From a candidate division FCPU426 bacterium (lineage in GTDB: Bacteria > Oederibacteriota > Muellerivitia > Muellerivitales > Muellerivitaceae), in contig JASHNQ010000050.1 in assembly GCA_030041545.1 (NCBI GenBank), positions 22,374-86,373 on the forward strand: DNA of 64,000 nt, read 5' to 3'. The notes beneath the pieces are model-generated. The model was not told where the DNA came from. It ran no database searches and was given only the letters and a program-made list of their open reading frames with translations. Position numbers and translations under genes: made by a program. Shown here one piece after another: positions 19,056 to 28,439 of the stretch. Numbering within the stretch: the stretch's first letter is position 1; each line of letters begins with the position of its first letter.

Positions 19056-20348
19056 CTAATTCTTCCGCCATTCCAGGAAACTGCGGTAATCCATGGTCAC
19101 CTGGTCGGCATAGGCGTGCGCGATGACCTGGAGCATGGAAACGAATTTCCTCTCCCGCCCTTTCAGCCGCTTCCAGGCCTTGCGGGCGAAATGCTCGCGG
19201 GCCCGGCAATGGGCCCGGGCCAGCGCCCCGCCCATTTGGCTCGCCACTCCCGCGTCCACCTTGCGGTAGGGCAGGGCGGCCTTGTAGGGCGACCTCTCCC
19301 GCACGCAATACTCCCCCTCTTTGAGCTTAAGCCATCCCAGCCAGGGGTCCGCGTCGCGGCCCAGGGCTTGGTAGGCCAGCACCACCCTCAAGGCGTGGTT
19401 TCCCCCGCAAGCCTCCTTGGTCTTTTGCTTGGCCCTCTTGGGAAGGTAGGGCCAGGGGCTGGGTTTGGGCTGGAACTTGACGTCCAGGATGCGGTAATTC
19501 CACTTGCCGCCCGACTCCACCTCCACCAGCGCGTAGTAACGGTTGAACCCATAGGAGCCCACGCCCTGGTGCAGCCGAAGCGCGATGTCCTTCACCTCGA
19601 AAAAGCCGATCTGTTTGACGGGCCAGGGCTTGAGCTGCTCCGCGTAGTCCCCCAGGGCCTCGCGCAGGGCCGGCTCCATGCCCGGCGCCACCGTGTCCAG
19701 GTCGGTTTTCCCGCGGTTGAAGGCGAAATCGTCCCCCGCCTCCACGCACCAGCGCTCCAGCATGCGGGCGCGGCCCTGCTTGGATTGGACGTGCTCCAGG
19801 AAATGCTTGAGGGCCCCGTGGGCGCTTTTGCGGTCGAGGGCCTCGCGGGCCCCCTTGGGGTCCTTGGCCAGGCGTCCCACCTCCCGGAAGTATCCCTTGG
19901 CGCAGGCCTTGACCAGGACCCTGCGGTGGTGGGGCTTCATCCGGTTTTCCCGCGCCAACAGGTTCAGGCTCACCACCAGCCGCCAGAGGTCGAACTGGTA
20001 ATCGGCGATGACCGATTCGTCGAAATCGGTCACGTCGTACACCAGCCGGCCTTTGGCGTCGGTGAAGGCGCCGAAATTGCCGCAGTGCATGTCCCCGCAC
20101 AGCCAGGTGCGCGTGCCGTTCTTGCCGCCGAAGGCCTTGGCCAGGTGGGCGCCGCCGAAGTCGGCCCAAAACAGGTGGGCCGTGCCGCGCAGGAACACGA
20201 AGGGCGAAAGGGCCATTTCCTTGAACTTTTCCTCGCGCCGGATGGGCAACAGTTCCTTGTTGAAGAGGGCGACCTGTTCCCTCACCCACTCGGGGCGGGG
20301 TTGGGGAAAAAGCAGGTCGGCTTGGGGGTTCACGAAGGATTTCGACAT
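19056..20348 (-). CDS. DUF2252 domain-containing protein
   Basis: 431 aa resembling DUF2252 proteins (recognised from memory; not confirmed). Start set at the MSKSF ATG. Confidence 0.6.
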   Translation of the reverse strand: MSKSFVNPQADLLFPQPRPEWVREQVALFNKELLPIRREEKFKEMALSPFVFLRGTAHLFWADFGGAHLAKAFGGKNGTRTWLCGDMHCGNFGAFTDAKGRLVYDVTDFDESVIADYQFDLWRLVVSLNLLARENRMKPHHRRVLVKACAKGYFREVGRLAKDPKGAREALDRKSAHGALKHFLEHVQSKQGRARMLERWCVEAGDDFAFNRGKTDLDTVAPGMEPALREALGDYAEQLKPWPVKQIGFFEVKDIALRLHQGVGSYGFNRYYALVEVESGGKWNYRILDVKFQPKPSPWPYLPKRAKQKTKEACGGNHALRVVLAYQALGRDADPWLGWLKLKEGEYCVRERSPYKAALPYRKVDAGVASQMGGALARAHCRAREHFARKAWKRLKGRERKFVSMLQVIAHAYADQVTMDYRSFLEWRKN

Positions 20349-20447
20349 TTTGGCTCCAGGAAGCGGCCCTTGGAAATAAGGATAGTTCAAAAGGCGGATG
20401 GTAGAAGCCGCTTTTTTTGTGGACGGTTTGGCCTTTGGGGGATCCCT

Positions 20448-20915
20448 TCAACCCAGCAGGTCGGGGTCCAACAGCCAGCGAAGGGTCCACGAGCCCGGCT
20501 TCCCCGCCCTTTCCAAGCAGGCCACGCTTCCCTTGGGAAAATCCACGAAGTCCGCGCCCCCGCCGCCCGAGAGAAGTTCCGAGGCCAGGCGCCCCAGGAA
20601 GGGTTGGTGCCCCACTAGCATCAGGTCCTTGTCCATGGCCGAGAGCTGTTTCCGGAAGGCGCCGGTGGATTGGCCCGGCCCCAGCCCGCGGAATTCCCTC
20701 AGCGCCTTCTTGCGGCCCAAGGCCTTGGCCAAGCCCTTGGCGGTTTGGGCGGCCCTCTTCAAGGGACTGTGCCGGATTTCAAAGCCATCCAAGCCCAACT
20801 CGCGGAGGCATGTTCCCACGAGCTTGACTTCCTTGCGCCCGGCCTTGTTCAAGGGCCTTTTGGCGTCGGGCACACCGTCTTTGGCCGTACCGTGACGGAC
20901 TAAATAGAGCCTCAT
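20448..20915 (-). CDS. sixA: phosphohistidine phosphatase SixA (histidine phosphatase superfamily)
   Basis: MRLYLVRHG catalytic motif; ATG preceded by GAAGGAGG. Confidence 0.7.
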   Translation of the reverse strand: MRLYLVRHGTAKDGVPDAKRPLNKAGRKEVKLVGTCLRELGLDGFEIRHSPLKRAAQTAKGLAKALGRKKALREFRGLGPGQSTGAFRKQLSAMDKDLMLVGHQPFLGRLASELLSGGGGADFVDFPKGSVACLERAGKPGSWTLRWLLDPDLLG

Positions 20916-20960
20916 AGTCAACCTCCTTCTTGCGCCTTACCCCGTCCTTTTTTGGAAAAC

Positions 20961-22823
20961 CTATGGGCCGCCCGCCTTTTTATGGAGCATTTGGCGCGTG
21001 GCTTCCAGGATGCGGGCCACCGGCTTTCGCCGGTAGTCCCACCGGGGATCGGGGCCGGGCGGGGTGACGTTCATGCAGGCATTGGCTTCGTAAAGCAGCA
21101 GGTTGCCTTCCCCGTCCAGGCCGAAATCAACGCCAGCGTAATCGAGGGCCAATTGGTCCCGGATAGCCTCCAGGGCCCGGAAGGCCCGTTCCCCGATGGC
21201 GGACCTCGTGTCGCCAAGGAATGCCTGGTCCTCAGCCCGGTTTTCAGGGTGGTCGTCCATGTCGGCGGTGAAATAATGCACCTTCCAATCCCCGGAGAGG
21301 GCCAAGTGGGCCGGGTAAAGTTCCCCGCCGATCATCATGACCCGGTATTTCCGCGTCTTCCCGTCCTTGCCCCGGCCGTCCAGGTAACGCAGGACGGTCA
21401 GCACTGATCCGGGAAGGGACGCCACCGCCAGGGCCAGGTCCTTTTCGTTGGAAACCAGGCGGAAATAACGGCCCAAGTGGTATCCCGGCGAGCGCAGGAG
21501 GAACGGATAGGAAAACCCCCTCCTGGCGACTTCGGTGTAACCGTCCGGTTTCGCCAGCAGCTCCTTGGGCAGGTTGACGATGTCGGGGGTGACGACGCCC
21601 TTAATCCCTCGCAGGCGCACCGCGTTTTCGGCGCGGCCCGTGGCCAGCACCCGGGAAGGCGGGTTGACGACGGGCGCCCTCGACCGGGCCAGGATGGTTT
21701 GGACGGCGCGCAGGGCGGGGCGGCAAAGGTCGGCCTCCCCGACGCAGTTGACCGCCAGGCGGTGCGGGGGAAGGGGCTGGGTGGGGTCGTAAAAATCGGT
21801 CACAATCACGGAGGGAAGGAAAGTCCCGTCGTCCATCATTTTGAGGAAGGGACCGTTGTTGTCGAACGTGGAGGTTAAGAGAAGCACCGGCAAAGGCCGG
21901 GGTTCGCCGCGCCGGGGCTTGGCCCCGGCCGCCGTGTCCCCGGGAGGCCCGCCTTCCGGAGGCGGCAGGAGGGACAGGGCCTGGCGGGCCTCTGGACAAT
22001 CGGCCTGAAGTTCCAGGACCTTCGCGTACTGGGCGCGAGCCGCCTCGGTCTTTCCTTTTTCCCGCAGCAGGCCGGCCAGGGTCAAATGTCCCTGGACGTT
22101 TCCGGGGTGGTGCCTCAGCGCCTCGGGGAGGGCCAACAGGAAAAACCCATCGGGATCGTCCGTCTTTCCCGGCAGGGAGGGCGAAAGTTCCAGGACCCGC
22201 CCATAGGCCAGCCGCGCTTCATCGTCCCGGCCCAGTTCCTTAAGCAGTCGCGCCCGGTAAAAATGGGCTTCCACGTCGTCGGGGGACGCCCTCAGCCGTG
22301 CGTCCGCCTCCTCGAGGGCCGCCAGCCGCGACACCCGCAGCATTTCCTTCGTCGCCTCCGATACGGCTTCAAACCGTTGCCGGGCGGCCGCCGGGTCCTC
22401 GGGCTTTAATTGCACGTTGGAAAGCCGGCGCAACCGCCCCAAAAGCACCTGCCGCCTGACCGCGAAGGCCAGCCTGCGCCCAAGGGAATCCGCGTCCCTG
22501 TCCATCTTGGTCAGGCAGTCCACGGCGCCATCCTGCAGGGCGCGGAAGGACAACTTGACATCCTTGTCCGTGAGGACGATGGAAGGCGCCCCTGGGGCCA
22601 AGGTTTGGACTTCCAGGAAAAAGGGGAGGCTGTCCTGCCCGGGCAGGTCCACGGCGATGAAGTCGGGGGCCCTTTCCCCGATGGCCCGCCGGACGTCCTC
22701 CAGGCCTTGAAGGTGGAGGAATTCCACATCCTCGTCCCTGATCCGGGAAAGGACCTCTTTCCAAAAATCGGCGTCGCGTCCGCTTTCCTGGAGGAAATAG
22801 CACCGAATGGGGCTTGCGTTCAT
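20961..22823 (-). CDS. receiver (REC) + TPR + ATP-grasp (RimK-like) fusion protein, paralogue 1
   Basis: N-terminal CheY-like domain with acceptor context PDFIAVDLPG; central TPR repeats; C-terminal ATP-grasp motifs YRVMMIGGELYPA...VDFGLDGEGNLLLYEANACM. Confidence 0.7.
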   Translation of the reverse strand: MNASPIRCYFLQESGRDADFWKEVLSRIRDEDVEFLHLQGLEDVRRAIGERAPDFIAVDLPGQDSLPFFLEVQTLAPGAPSIVLTDKDVKLSFRALQDGAVDCLTKMDRDADSLGRRLAFAVRRQVLLGRLRRLSNVQLKPEDPAAARQRFEAVSEATKEMLRVSRLAALEEADARLRASPDDVEAHFYRARLLKELGRDDEARLAYGRVLELSPSLPGKTDDPDGFFLLALPEALRHHPGNVQGHLTLAGLLREKGKTEAARAQYAKVLELQADCPEARQALSLLPPPEGGPPGDTAAGAKPRRGEPRPLPVLLLTSTFDNNGPFLKMMDDGTFLPSVIVTDFYDPTQPLPPHRLAVNCVGEADLCRPALRAVQTILARSRAPVVNPPSRVLATGRAENAVRLRGIKGVVTPDIVNLPKELLAKPDGYTEVARRGFSYPFLLRSPGYHLGRYFRLVSNEKDLALAVASLPGSVLTVLRYLDGRGKDGKTRKYRVMMIGGELYPAHLALSGDWKVHYFTADMDDHPENRAEDQAFLGDTRSAIGERAFRALEAIRDQLALDYAGVDFGLDGEGNLLLYEANACMNVTPPGPDPRWDYRRKPVARILEATRQMLHKKAGGP

Positions 22824-23049
22824 TTGGACCGCTCCGGTCCGCCGGCCAAAGGCGGTTTTCAGGTAACAATCATGTTTCGACGGGCGAGAATGGAAAAACC
22901 GCCCGGAAAAACGTCATTTTACCTTGGAGCGGGAAGAAAGGGATCGCGGGTTGGGCCGGTCTCAATAACTCTTTTAGGGAGATGTGGGACATCGGATTTG
23001 ATCGGCGGTTGAGTCTTTTTTGTTTACTTATTTTTAGGAGATAATCACC

Positions 23050-25137
23050 ATGTTTACCTGCCAAACGCTATATCGGGAAAAGCGTTTGGTGCAACTCGAC
23101 AACGCGAACATGGGTAAGCGGCTTCATTTTGGGGGCCAACCACCCGCGTCTGGGGATGGCGCTTGGGCCGGGTCCAAGCCAGGTAAGGGTTCCACTTTTG
23201 GGGGAACTGGCCAGCCGGACGGGTTTGGCGAGGCGGAAATCATCGAAATCCTCAACAGGCTCAAAACGAAACGGGAACCATCCTTCCCCGCCCTTTCTTC
23301 CATCCCGTCATGGGAGCCGGTAGGGGCTGCCTGCTTTCTCTTGGTTTCGGCGGTTTTCCTCTTTTATCTTCCCGTCTTAAGGAACCCCTTCGTCAACTGG
23401 GACGACATGGATTGCATCGCGGGCAACCCCCACCTCCGCCGCTTGGATATTCAAAACCTGTCATGGATGTTGACGACCTACTACTCGGGGAATTGGCTGC
23501 CGCTGACTTGGCTTTCTTTCGCGATGGATTACCTCTGGGGCGGGCTGGATCCCCGGGCTTACCACGCCACGAACGTCGTCCTCCACGGCCTTAATACCCT
23601 CCTTGTTTTCCTTGTTTGCCGGAAAATCCTCGAACAGGCGGTGGACGGAAAAAAGGAGGATGCCGGCCCCAAAGTCCCCGCTTATCCGGCGGCTTTCCTG
23701 GCGGCCCTTTTATTCGGGTTGCACCCCATCCACGTGGAGTCCGTGGCTTGGGCCGCCGAGCGAAAGGATGTGCTTTACGCTTTTTTCTACCTGGCGGCCA
23801 TGGGGCTTTATCTCCAGGGCCCCTCCCCACTGGATTGGAAAAAACCCAAGCCCTGGGCCTTGTTGGGGCTTTACTCGCTGGCCCTGATGTCCAAACCCAT
23901 GGCCGTCACCCTTCCCTTGGTCTTTTTAATCCTGGATTATTGGCCGCTGGCGCGCCCCTCAACGGACGGCTTAAAACCCCTCGCCGAAAAAGCGCCCTTT
24001 TTCGCCTTGGGCCTAGCGGACGGGCTGGCGGCGATCCAATCCCACGGAAGCGCGATCGTATCCACCGGCGGCTCGGCCCAGGTCCTATGGTCGTTCAACG
24101 CCTTTCGCGCCCCGGTCTTTTATCTGTGGAAAATGGCCGTGCCCCGCCACCTGGTTCCGTTGTACCCCTTCCCCCCCGGGACCAACCCCGCGTTCCAATG
24201 GGAATCCTACGCGGCCGCACTGCTGGTGGCCGGGACCGCCGCCGTCCTCTACCGTTTCCGAAAGCAAATCCCTTATGCCGCGGCCGCGGGGCTGTACTAC
24301 CTGGCGACCCTGGCGCCTGTTTTGGGTTTCCTGCAAATCGGAAGCCAGGCGGCGGCGGACCGTTATACTTACCTTCCCAGTTTGGGCGTCTTCCTTCCTT
24401 TTTCCGCCGGCGTGGCGTTCCTGCTGCGCAGGCGCCGGTGGGCGCTGGGATTTCTCACGGCCCTTTTGGCCTTGGCGCTGGGGCTGGCAACCATGGCCCA
24501 AATCAGCCTTTGGAGAAATTCGGAAATCCTTTGGGAAAGCGTGGTTCGGGCCTATCCCGGCTGGTCATCGGTGGCCTATACCTACTTGGGCGTCACCTAC
24601 ACGCGGGAGAAAAAATGGCCGCAAGCCCAGGCGGCGCTGCGGCAGGCCCTTTCCATTCCCCCTCCCCTGGCCGTCACCCACCAGGCTTATGGCCTCCTTC
24701 TTCTTTATTTAGGGAGGTTGGACGACGCCATCGGTGAATTCAAGGAAGCCCTTGCGCTCAACCCCGAATTCGTCCTGGCTTACCAAAACCTATGGGTGGT
24801 CTATGAGCACCTGGGAAGGCATGGGGAAGCCCTGGCCCAGATCAAGGAGGCGGTCCGGCTGGAGCCCCAAAACGCGGATTTTACCCGCGATATGGGGGAA
24901 AGCAACCTGGCATTGGGGCGCTATGGGGAGGCGGAGACGGCCTTTCAACGGGCCCTGGAGCTGGACGCCCATTCCGCGCAGAGCCTGGTGGATTTGGCAA
25001 CGCTTCGCCTCCAACAAGGCCGCCCCGGGGAAGCCCGGGGCTTGCTCAAGGCCGCGTCGGCCTTGAACCCCCAGGACCCCCGGACCCTCCGGGAAATGGA
25101 GGAGGATTCCCAAAAAGCCGGCCCTGCCACCCGCTGA
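23050..25137 (+). CDS. TMTC/PMT-like (GT39-type) integral membrane glycosyltransferase with C-terminal TPR repeats
   Basis: Multiple TM helices; NPFVNWDDMDCIAGNPHL motif (DUF1736/TMTC-like); C-terminal TPR array; AGGAGA 8 nt upstream of ATG. Confidence 0.65.
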   Translation: MFTCQTLYREKRLVQLDNANMGKRLHFGGQPPASGDGAWAGSKPGKGSTFGGTGQPDGFGEAEIIEILNRLKTKREPSFPALSSIPSWEPVGAACFLLVSAVFLFYLPVLRNPFVNWDDMDCIAGNPHLRRLDIQNLSWMLTTYYSGNWLPLTWLSFAMDYLWGGLDPRAYHATNVVLHGLNTLLVFLVCRKILEQAVDGKKEDAGPKVPAYPAAFLAALLFGLHPIHVESVAWAAERKDVLYAFFYLAAMGLYLQGPSPLDWKKPKPWALLGLYSLALMSKPMAVTLPLVFLILDYWPLARPSTDGLKPLAEKAPFFALGLADGLAAIQSHGSAIVSTGGSAQVLWSFNAFRAPVFYLWKMAVPRHLVPLYPFPPGTNPAFQWESYAAALLVAGTAAVLYRFRKQIPYAAAAGLYYLATLAPVLGFLQIGSQAAADRYTYLPSLGVFLPFSAGVAFLLRRRRWALGFLTALLALALGLATMAQISLWRNSEILWESVVRAYPGWSSVAYTYLGVTYTREKKWPQAQAALRQALSIPPPLAVTHQAYGLLLLYLGRLDDAIGEFKEALALNPEFVLAYQNLWVVYEHLGRHGEALAQIKEAVRLEPQNADFTRDMGESNLALGRYGEAETAFQRALELDAHSAQSLVDLATLRLQQGRPGEARGLLKAASALNPQDPRTLREMEEDSQKAGPATR

Positions 25138-25178
25138 TGGGTTGGGAAAGTACAAGCCTTGAGGGGTGACTCCGCGAC

Positions 25179-27041
25179 CTATGGGCCGGCCGCCCTTTGA
25201 TGGAGCATTTGGCGCGTGGCTTCCAGGATTCGGGCCACCGGCTTTCGCCGGTAGTCCCACCGGGGGTCGGGCTCGGGAGGGGCGACCGTCATGCAGGCAT
25301 TGGCTTCGTAAAGCAGCAGGTTGCCTTCCCCGTCCAGGCCGAAATCAACGCCCGCGTAATCGAGGGCCAATTGGTCCCGGATAGCCTCCAGGGCCTGGAA
25401 GGCCCGCTCCCCGATGGCGGACCTCATGTCGCCAAGGAAAGCCTCGTCCTCGGCCCGGTTTTCAGGGTGGTCGTCCATGTCGGCGGTGAAATAATGCACC
25501 TTCCAATCCCCGGAGAGGGCCAAGTGGGCCGGGTAAAGCTCCCCGCCGATCATCATGACCCGGTATTTCCGCGTCTTCCCGTCCTTGCCCCGGCCGTCCA
25601 GGTAACGCAGGACGTTCAGCTCCTTTCCGGGAAAGGACGCCACCGCCAGGGCCAGGTCCCTTTCATTGGAAACCATGCGGAAATAACGGCCCAGGTGGTA
25701 GCCCGGTGAGCGCAGCAGGAAGGGATAGGAAAACCCCCTCTGGACGACTTCGGCGTAACCGTCCGGTTTCGCCAACAGGTCCTTGGGCAGGCTGACGATG
25801 TCGGCAGTGACGACGCCCTTAATCCCACGCAGGCGCACCGCGTTTTCGGCGCGGCTGGTGGCCAGCACCAAGGAGGGCGGGTTGACGACGGGCGCCTTGG
25901 ACCGGGCCAGGATGGCTTGGGCGGCGCGCAGGGAGGGGCCGCAAAGGTCCGCGTCCCCGACGCAGTTGACCGCCAGGCGGTGCGGGGGGAGAAGCTTGTC
26001 GGGGTCATAAAATTCGGTCACGATCGCCAAGGGGAGGAAGGTCCCGTCGCCCAGCATTTGGTACAAGGGACAATTGCCGTCGAGCGTGGTTAACAACAGC
26101 ACCGGCAAAGGCCGGGGTTCGCCGCGCCGGGGCTTGGCCCCGGCCGCCGTGTCCCCGGGAGGCCCGCCTTCCGGCGGCGGCAGGAGGGCCAGGGCCTGGC
26201 GGGCCCCTGGACAATCGGCCTGAAGTTCCAGGACCTTCGCGTACTGGGCGCGAGCCGCCTCGGTCTTTCCTTTTTCCCGCAGCAGGCCGGCCAGGGTCAA
26301 ATGTCCCTGGACGTTTCCGGGGTGGTGCCTCAGCGCCTCGGGGAGGGCCGACAGGAAAAACCCGCCGGGATCGCCTGTCGTTCCCAACCAGGAAGGCGCA
26401 AGTTCCAGGACCCGCCCATAGGCCAGCCGCGCCTCATCGTCCCGGCCCAGTTCCTTAAGCAGTCGCGCCCGGTAAAAATGGGCTTTCACGTCGTCGGGGG
26501 ACGCCGCCAGCCGCGATTCCCTCTCTTCGAGGGCCGCCAGCCGCGTCACCCGCATGGTTTCCTTCGCCGCCTCCAATACGGCCTCCCTCCATTGCCGGGC
26601 GGCCGCCGGGTCCGCCGGCCTCGCTTCTGGGGTGTAAAGCCGGTACAAACGCCTCAAAAGGACCTGCCGCCGGGCCCAAAGGGCCAGCCTACGCCCAAGC
26701 GAATCCACCTCCCCTTCCCCCATGACCAGGCAGTCCTCGGCGCCCTCCTGTCGGACGTGGAAGGACAACTTAGGATCGCCATTTTCCGTGACGGCGATGA
26801 AAGGCGACTCGGGGGCCAAGGTTTGGACTTCCAGGAAAAAGGGGAGGCTTTCCTGCCCGGACAGGTGCACGGCGATGACGTCGGGGGTCCTTTCCCCGAT
26901 GGCCCGCCGGGCATCCTCCAGGCCTTGGAGGTGGGGGAATTCCATGTCCTCGTCCCTGATCCGGGAAAGGACTTCTTTCCAAAATTCGGTGTTGCGTCCG
27001 CTTTCCTGGAGGAAATAGCACCGAATGGGGTTTGCGCGCAT
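25179..27041 (-). CDS. receiver (REC) + TPR + ATP-grasp fusion protein, paralogue 2 (acceptor Asp replaced by His)
   Basis: About 95% nucleotide identity to 20961..22823 over most of its length; N-terminal region diverged (PDVIAVHLSG instead of PDFIAVDLPG); start set at MRANPIRCYFL by homology to paralogue 1. Confidence 0.7.
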   Translation of the reverse strand: MRANPIRCYFLQESGRNTEFWKEVLSRIRDEDMEFPHLQGLEDARRAIGERTPDVIAVHLSGQESLPFFLEVQTLAPESPFIAVTENGDPKLSFHVRQEGAEDCLVMGEGEVDSLGRRLALWARRQVLLRRLYRLYTPEARPADPAAARQWREAVLEAAKETMRVTRLAALEERESRLAASPDDVKAHFYRARLLKELGRDDEARLAYGRVLELAPSWLGTTGDPGGFFLSALPEALRHHPGNVQGHLTLAGLLREKGKTEAARAQYAKVLELQADCPGARQALALLPPPEGGPPGDTAAGAKPRRGEPRPLPVLLLTTLDGNCPLYQMLGDGTFLPLAIVTEFYDPDKLLPPHRLAVNCVGDADLCGPSLRAAQAILARSKAPVVNPPSLVLATSRAENAVRLRGIKGVVTADIVSLPKDLLAKPDGYAEVVQRGFSYPFLLRSPGYHLGRYFRMVSNERDLALAVASFPGKELNVLRYLDGRGKDGKTRKYRVMMIGGELYPAHLALSGDWKVHYFTADMDDHPENRAEDEAFLGDMRSAIGERAFQALEAIRDQLALDYAGVDFGLDGEGNLLLYEANACMTVAPPEPDPRWDYRRKPVARILEATRQMLHQRAAGP

Positions 27042-27140
27042 TTTGAGCGTTCCGGTCCGCCGTTGAGGGTGGTTTTCAGGTAACATCCATGTTTCGGGAA
27101 ACCGCCCTGGAAAACCTTATTTTACTTTCCGGCAAGAGGA

Positions 27141-27587
27141 CTAGGACGGAAAATCTCCGATCCACCTGAGGGCCACCGGAGCGCCCTTGAGCCGCTTGAG
27201 GAGTTTTTGGTCCGCAGTCACCAGGGGCGCCTTCAGTTCCTCGGCCAGGGCCAGGTAGCAGGCGTCATAGGCCGTCACTTCCCATTCAAGGGCCAGGTCC
27301 AGGGCCCGGGGCGCCAGCAGGGCGGTGGAAACGGCCTTCAACCCCAACTGCCGCAAGGCGGAAATGTCCTTGAGGGCGTCCGAGGGGGAATAACCCGAAT
27401 GGCGGACATATTTCCAAAGGATATTAGCGCACTCCGCGTAGAACAGGTCGGGAACATGGGGCTGGAAATGGGGTTCCCCCCCAATGGCCTGGAAAAGCGT
27501 TTTAGCCTGGGGCGAATGTTCCTCCGCCACAAAAAGCTTGGCCCCCACGCTGGCGTCCACCACTAGATGGGGCGGGAGGCCGCTCAC
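27141..27587 (-). CDS. vapC: type II toxin VapC (PIN domain ribonuclease)
   Basis: PIN-domain acidic residues (LVVDASV...AYDACYLALAEEL...VTAD); overlaps the upstream antitoxin gene by 4 nt. Confidence 0.75.
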   Translation of the reverse strand: MSGLPPHLVVDASVGAKLFVAEEHSPQAKTLFQAIGGEPHFQPHVPDLFYAECANILWKYVRHSGYSPSDALKDISALRQLGLKAVSTALLAPRALDLALEWEVTAYDACYLALAEELKAPLVTADQKLLKRLKGAPVALRWIGDFPS

Positions 27588-27832
27588 CGTCCCCTGTCTT
27601 CCCTCAAAAGGTCCAAGCTGGTGGGAGCCCCTGGTTTCAGTTTCCGCTTGGCCCTTCGTTTGAGGATTCCATCAAGGGCCTTCTTATGGTTGTAAACGGC
27701 CTGTTCCTCATGCACGGCGTTGCCCAGCAAATGGACGACTTCCGAGTTGAAGGAACGGCTTTGTTCCTCGGCTAATTTTTTGATGTCCCGGTAAAGTGGC
27801 TCAGGGACGTTTCGCACGTGTAAGATCGGCAT
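27584..27832 (-). CDS. vapB: ribbon-helix-helix antitoxin (VapB/FitA-like)
   Basis: MPILHVRNVPEPLYRDIKKLAEEQSRSFNSEVVHLL RHH fold; ATG preceded by AAGGAGA. Confidence 0.65.
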   Translation of the reverse strand: MPILHVRNVPEPLYRDIKKLAEEQSRSFNSEVVHLLGNAVHEEQAVYNHKKALDGILKRRAKRKLKPGAPTSLDLLREDRGR

Positions 27833-28020
27833 GGCGTCTCCTTTCCTGGAAGTTAGGGCCATTATCGGGGGTTTGGTTGCATTATGCAACCAGGAAGAGG
27901 GCCCGCCGATCGCGCATGGGAAATCAACGGCAAAAGATGTTTTGGGCCAAGAGGATTATCTTATTTCTTTTTTCAGGCCCGACCCTTTTCCCCCGCCTTG
28001 AGGAGCGAGGCTGAGCCCTT

Positions 28021-28392
28021 TTATTGGCTCTCGCCGCCGGGGGTGCCGTGATAAAGGCCGGTGGTCAGGAACCAGCCGCTGACCGTGGCGCCCGCGGAAT
28101 TCACCCCGGTCTGCTGGTTCAAATCGTAGTGGTACACCGGAACCCCGCCACTGTAGGGCGTCACGGTGGTCTCACCCCCACAGGCATAACGGATTTCGGG
28201 AACAAATAAAATTACCTGTAATCCCCAACCATGATCCATGGATTGGGGCGTATCAAACCCCAGTACCTCCGACCCGGTATCCAAACGGCCGGCGGAATAC
28301 GCCAAATCCGGGAATTGGCCCTCCAGGACAGGTTTTACAGCCTCCTGAAAAAATCCCTCGCAAAGCCGCATCCCTTTTTCAAACCTCGGCAT
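28021..28392 (-). CDS. hypothetical protein with degenerate minimal nucleotidyltransferase-like motif
   Basis: GSEVLGFDTPQSMDHG resembles the GS..G....SD.D MNT motif with substitutions; AGGGAG RBS present; possibly a truncated remnant. Confidence 0.4.
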   Translation of the reverse strand: MPRFEKGMRLCEGFFQEAVKPVLEGQFPDLAYSAGRLDTGSEVLGFDTPQSMDHGWGLQVILFVPEIRYACGGETTVTPYSGGVPVYHYDLNQQTGVNSAGATVSGWFLTTGLYHGTPGGESQ

Positions 28393-28439
28393 TTTGGCTC
28401 CCTGAAAACTACCTGTTCTACGACTTTTCCTGTAGAGTA

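Noticed and set aside
19116-20618. 500-aa plus-strand ORF and 387-aa minus-strand ORF (19327..20490) overlapping the DUF2252 gene
   Set aside because: Low-complexity G/P/R/A-rich translations; antisense or alternate-frame artefacts of a GC-rich gene whose real frame (19056..20348) gives a recognisable DUF2252 protein.
26301-27083. 260-aa plus-strand ORF, its twin 22086..22409, and the plus-strand ORFs 20952..21407 / 25197..25709 (M..HLARGFQD..)
   Set aside because: All are antisense to the duplicated REC-TPR-ATP-grasp genes and are duplicated only because the underlying DNA is duplicated.
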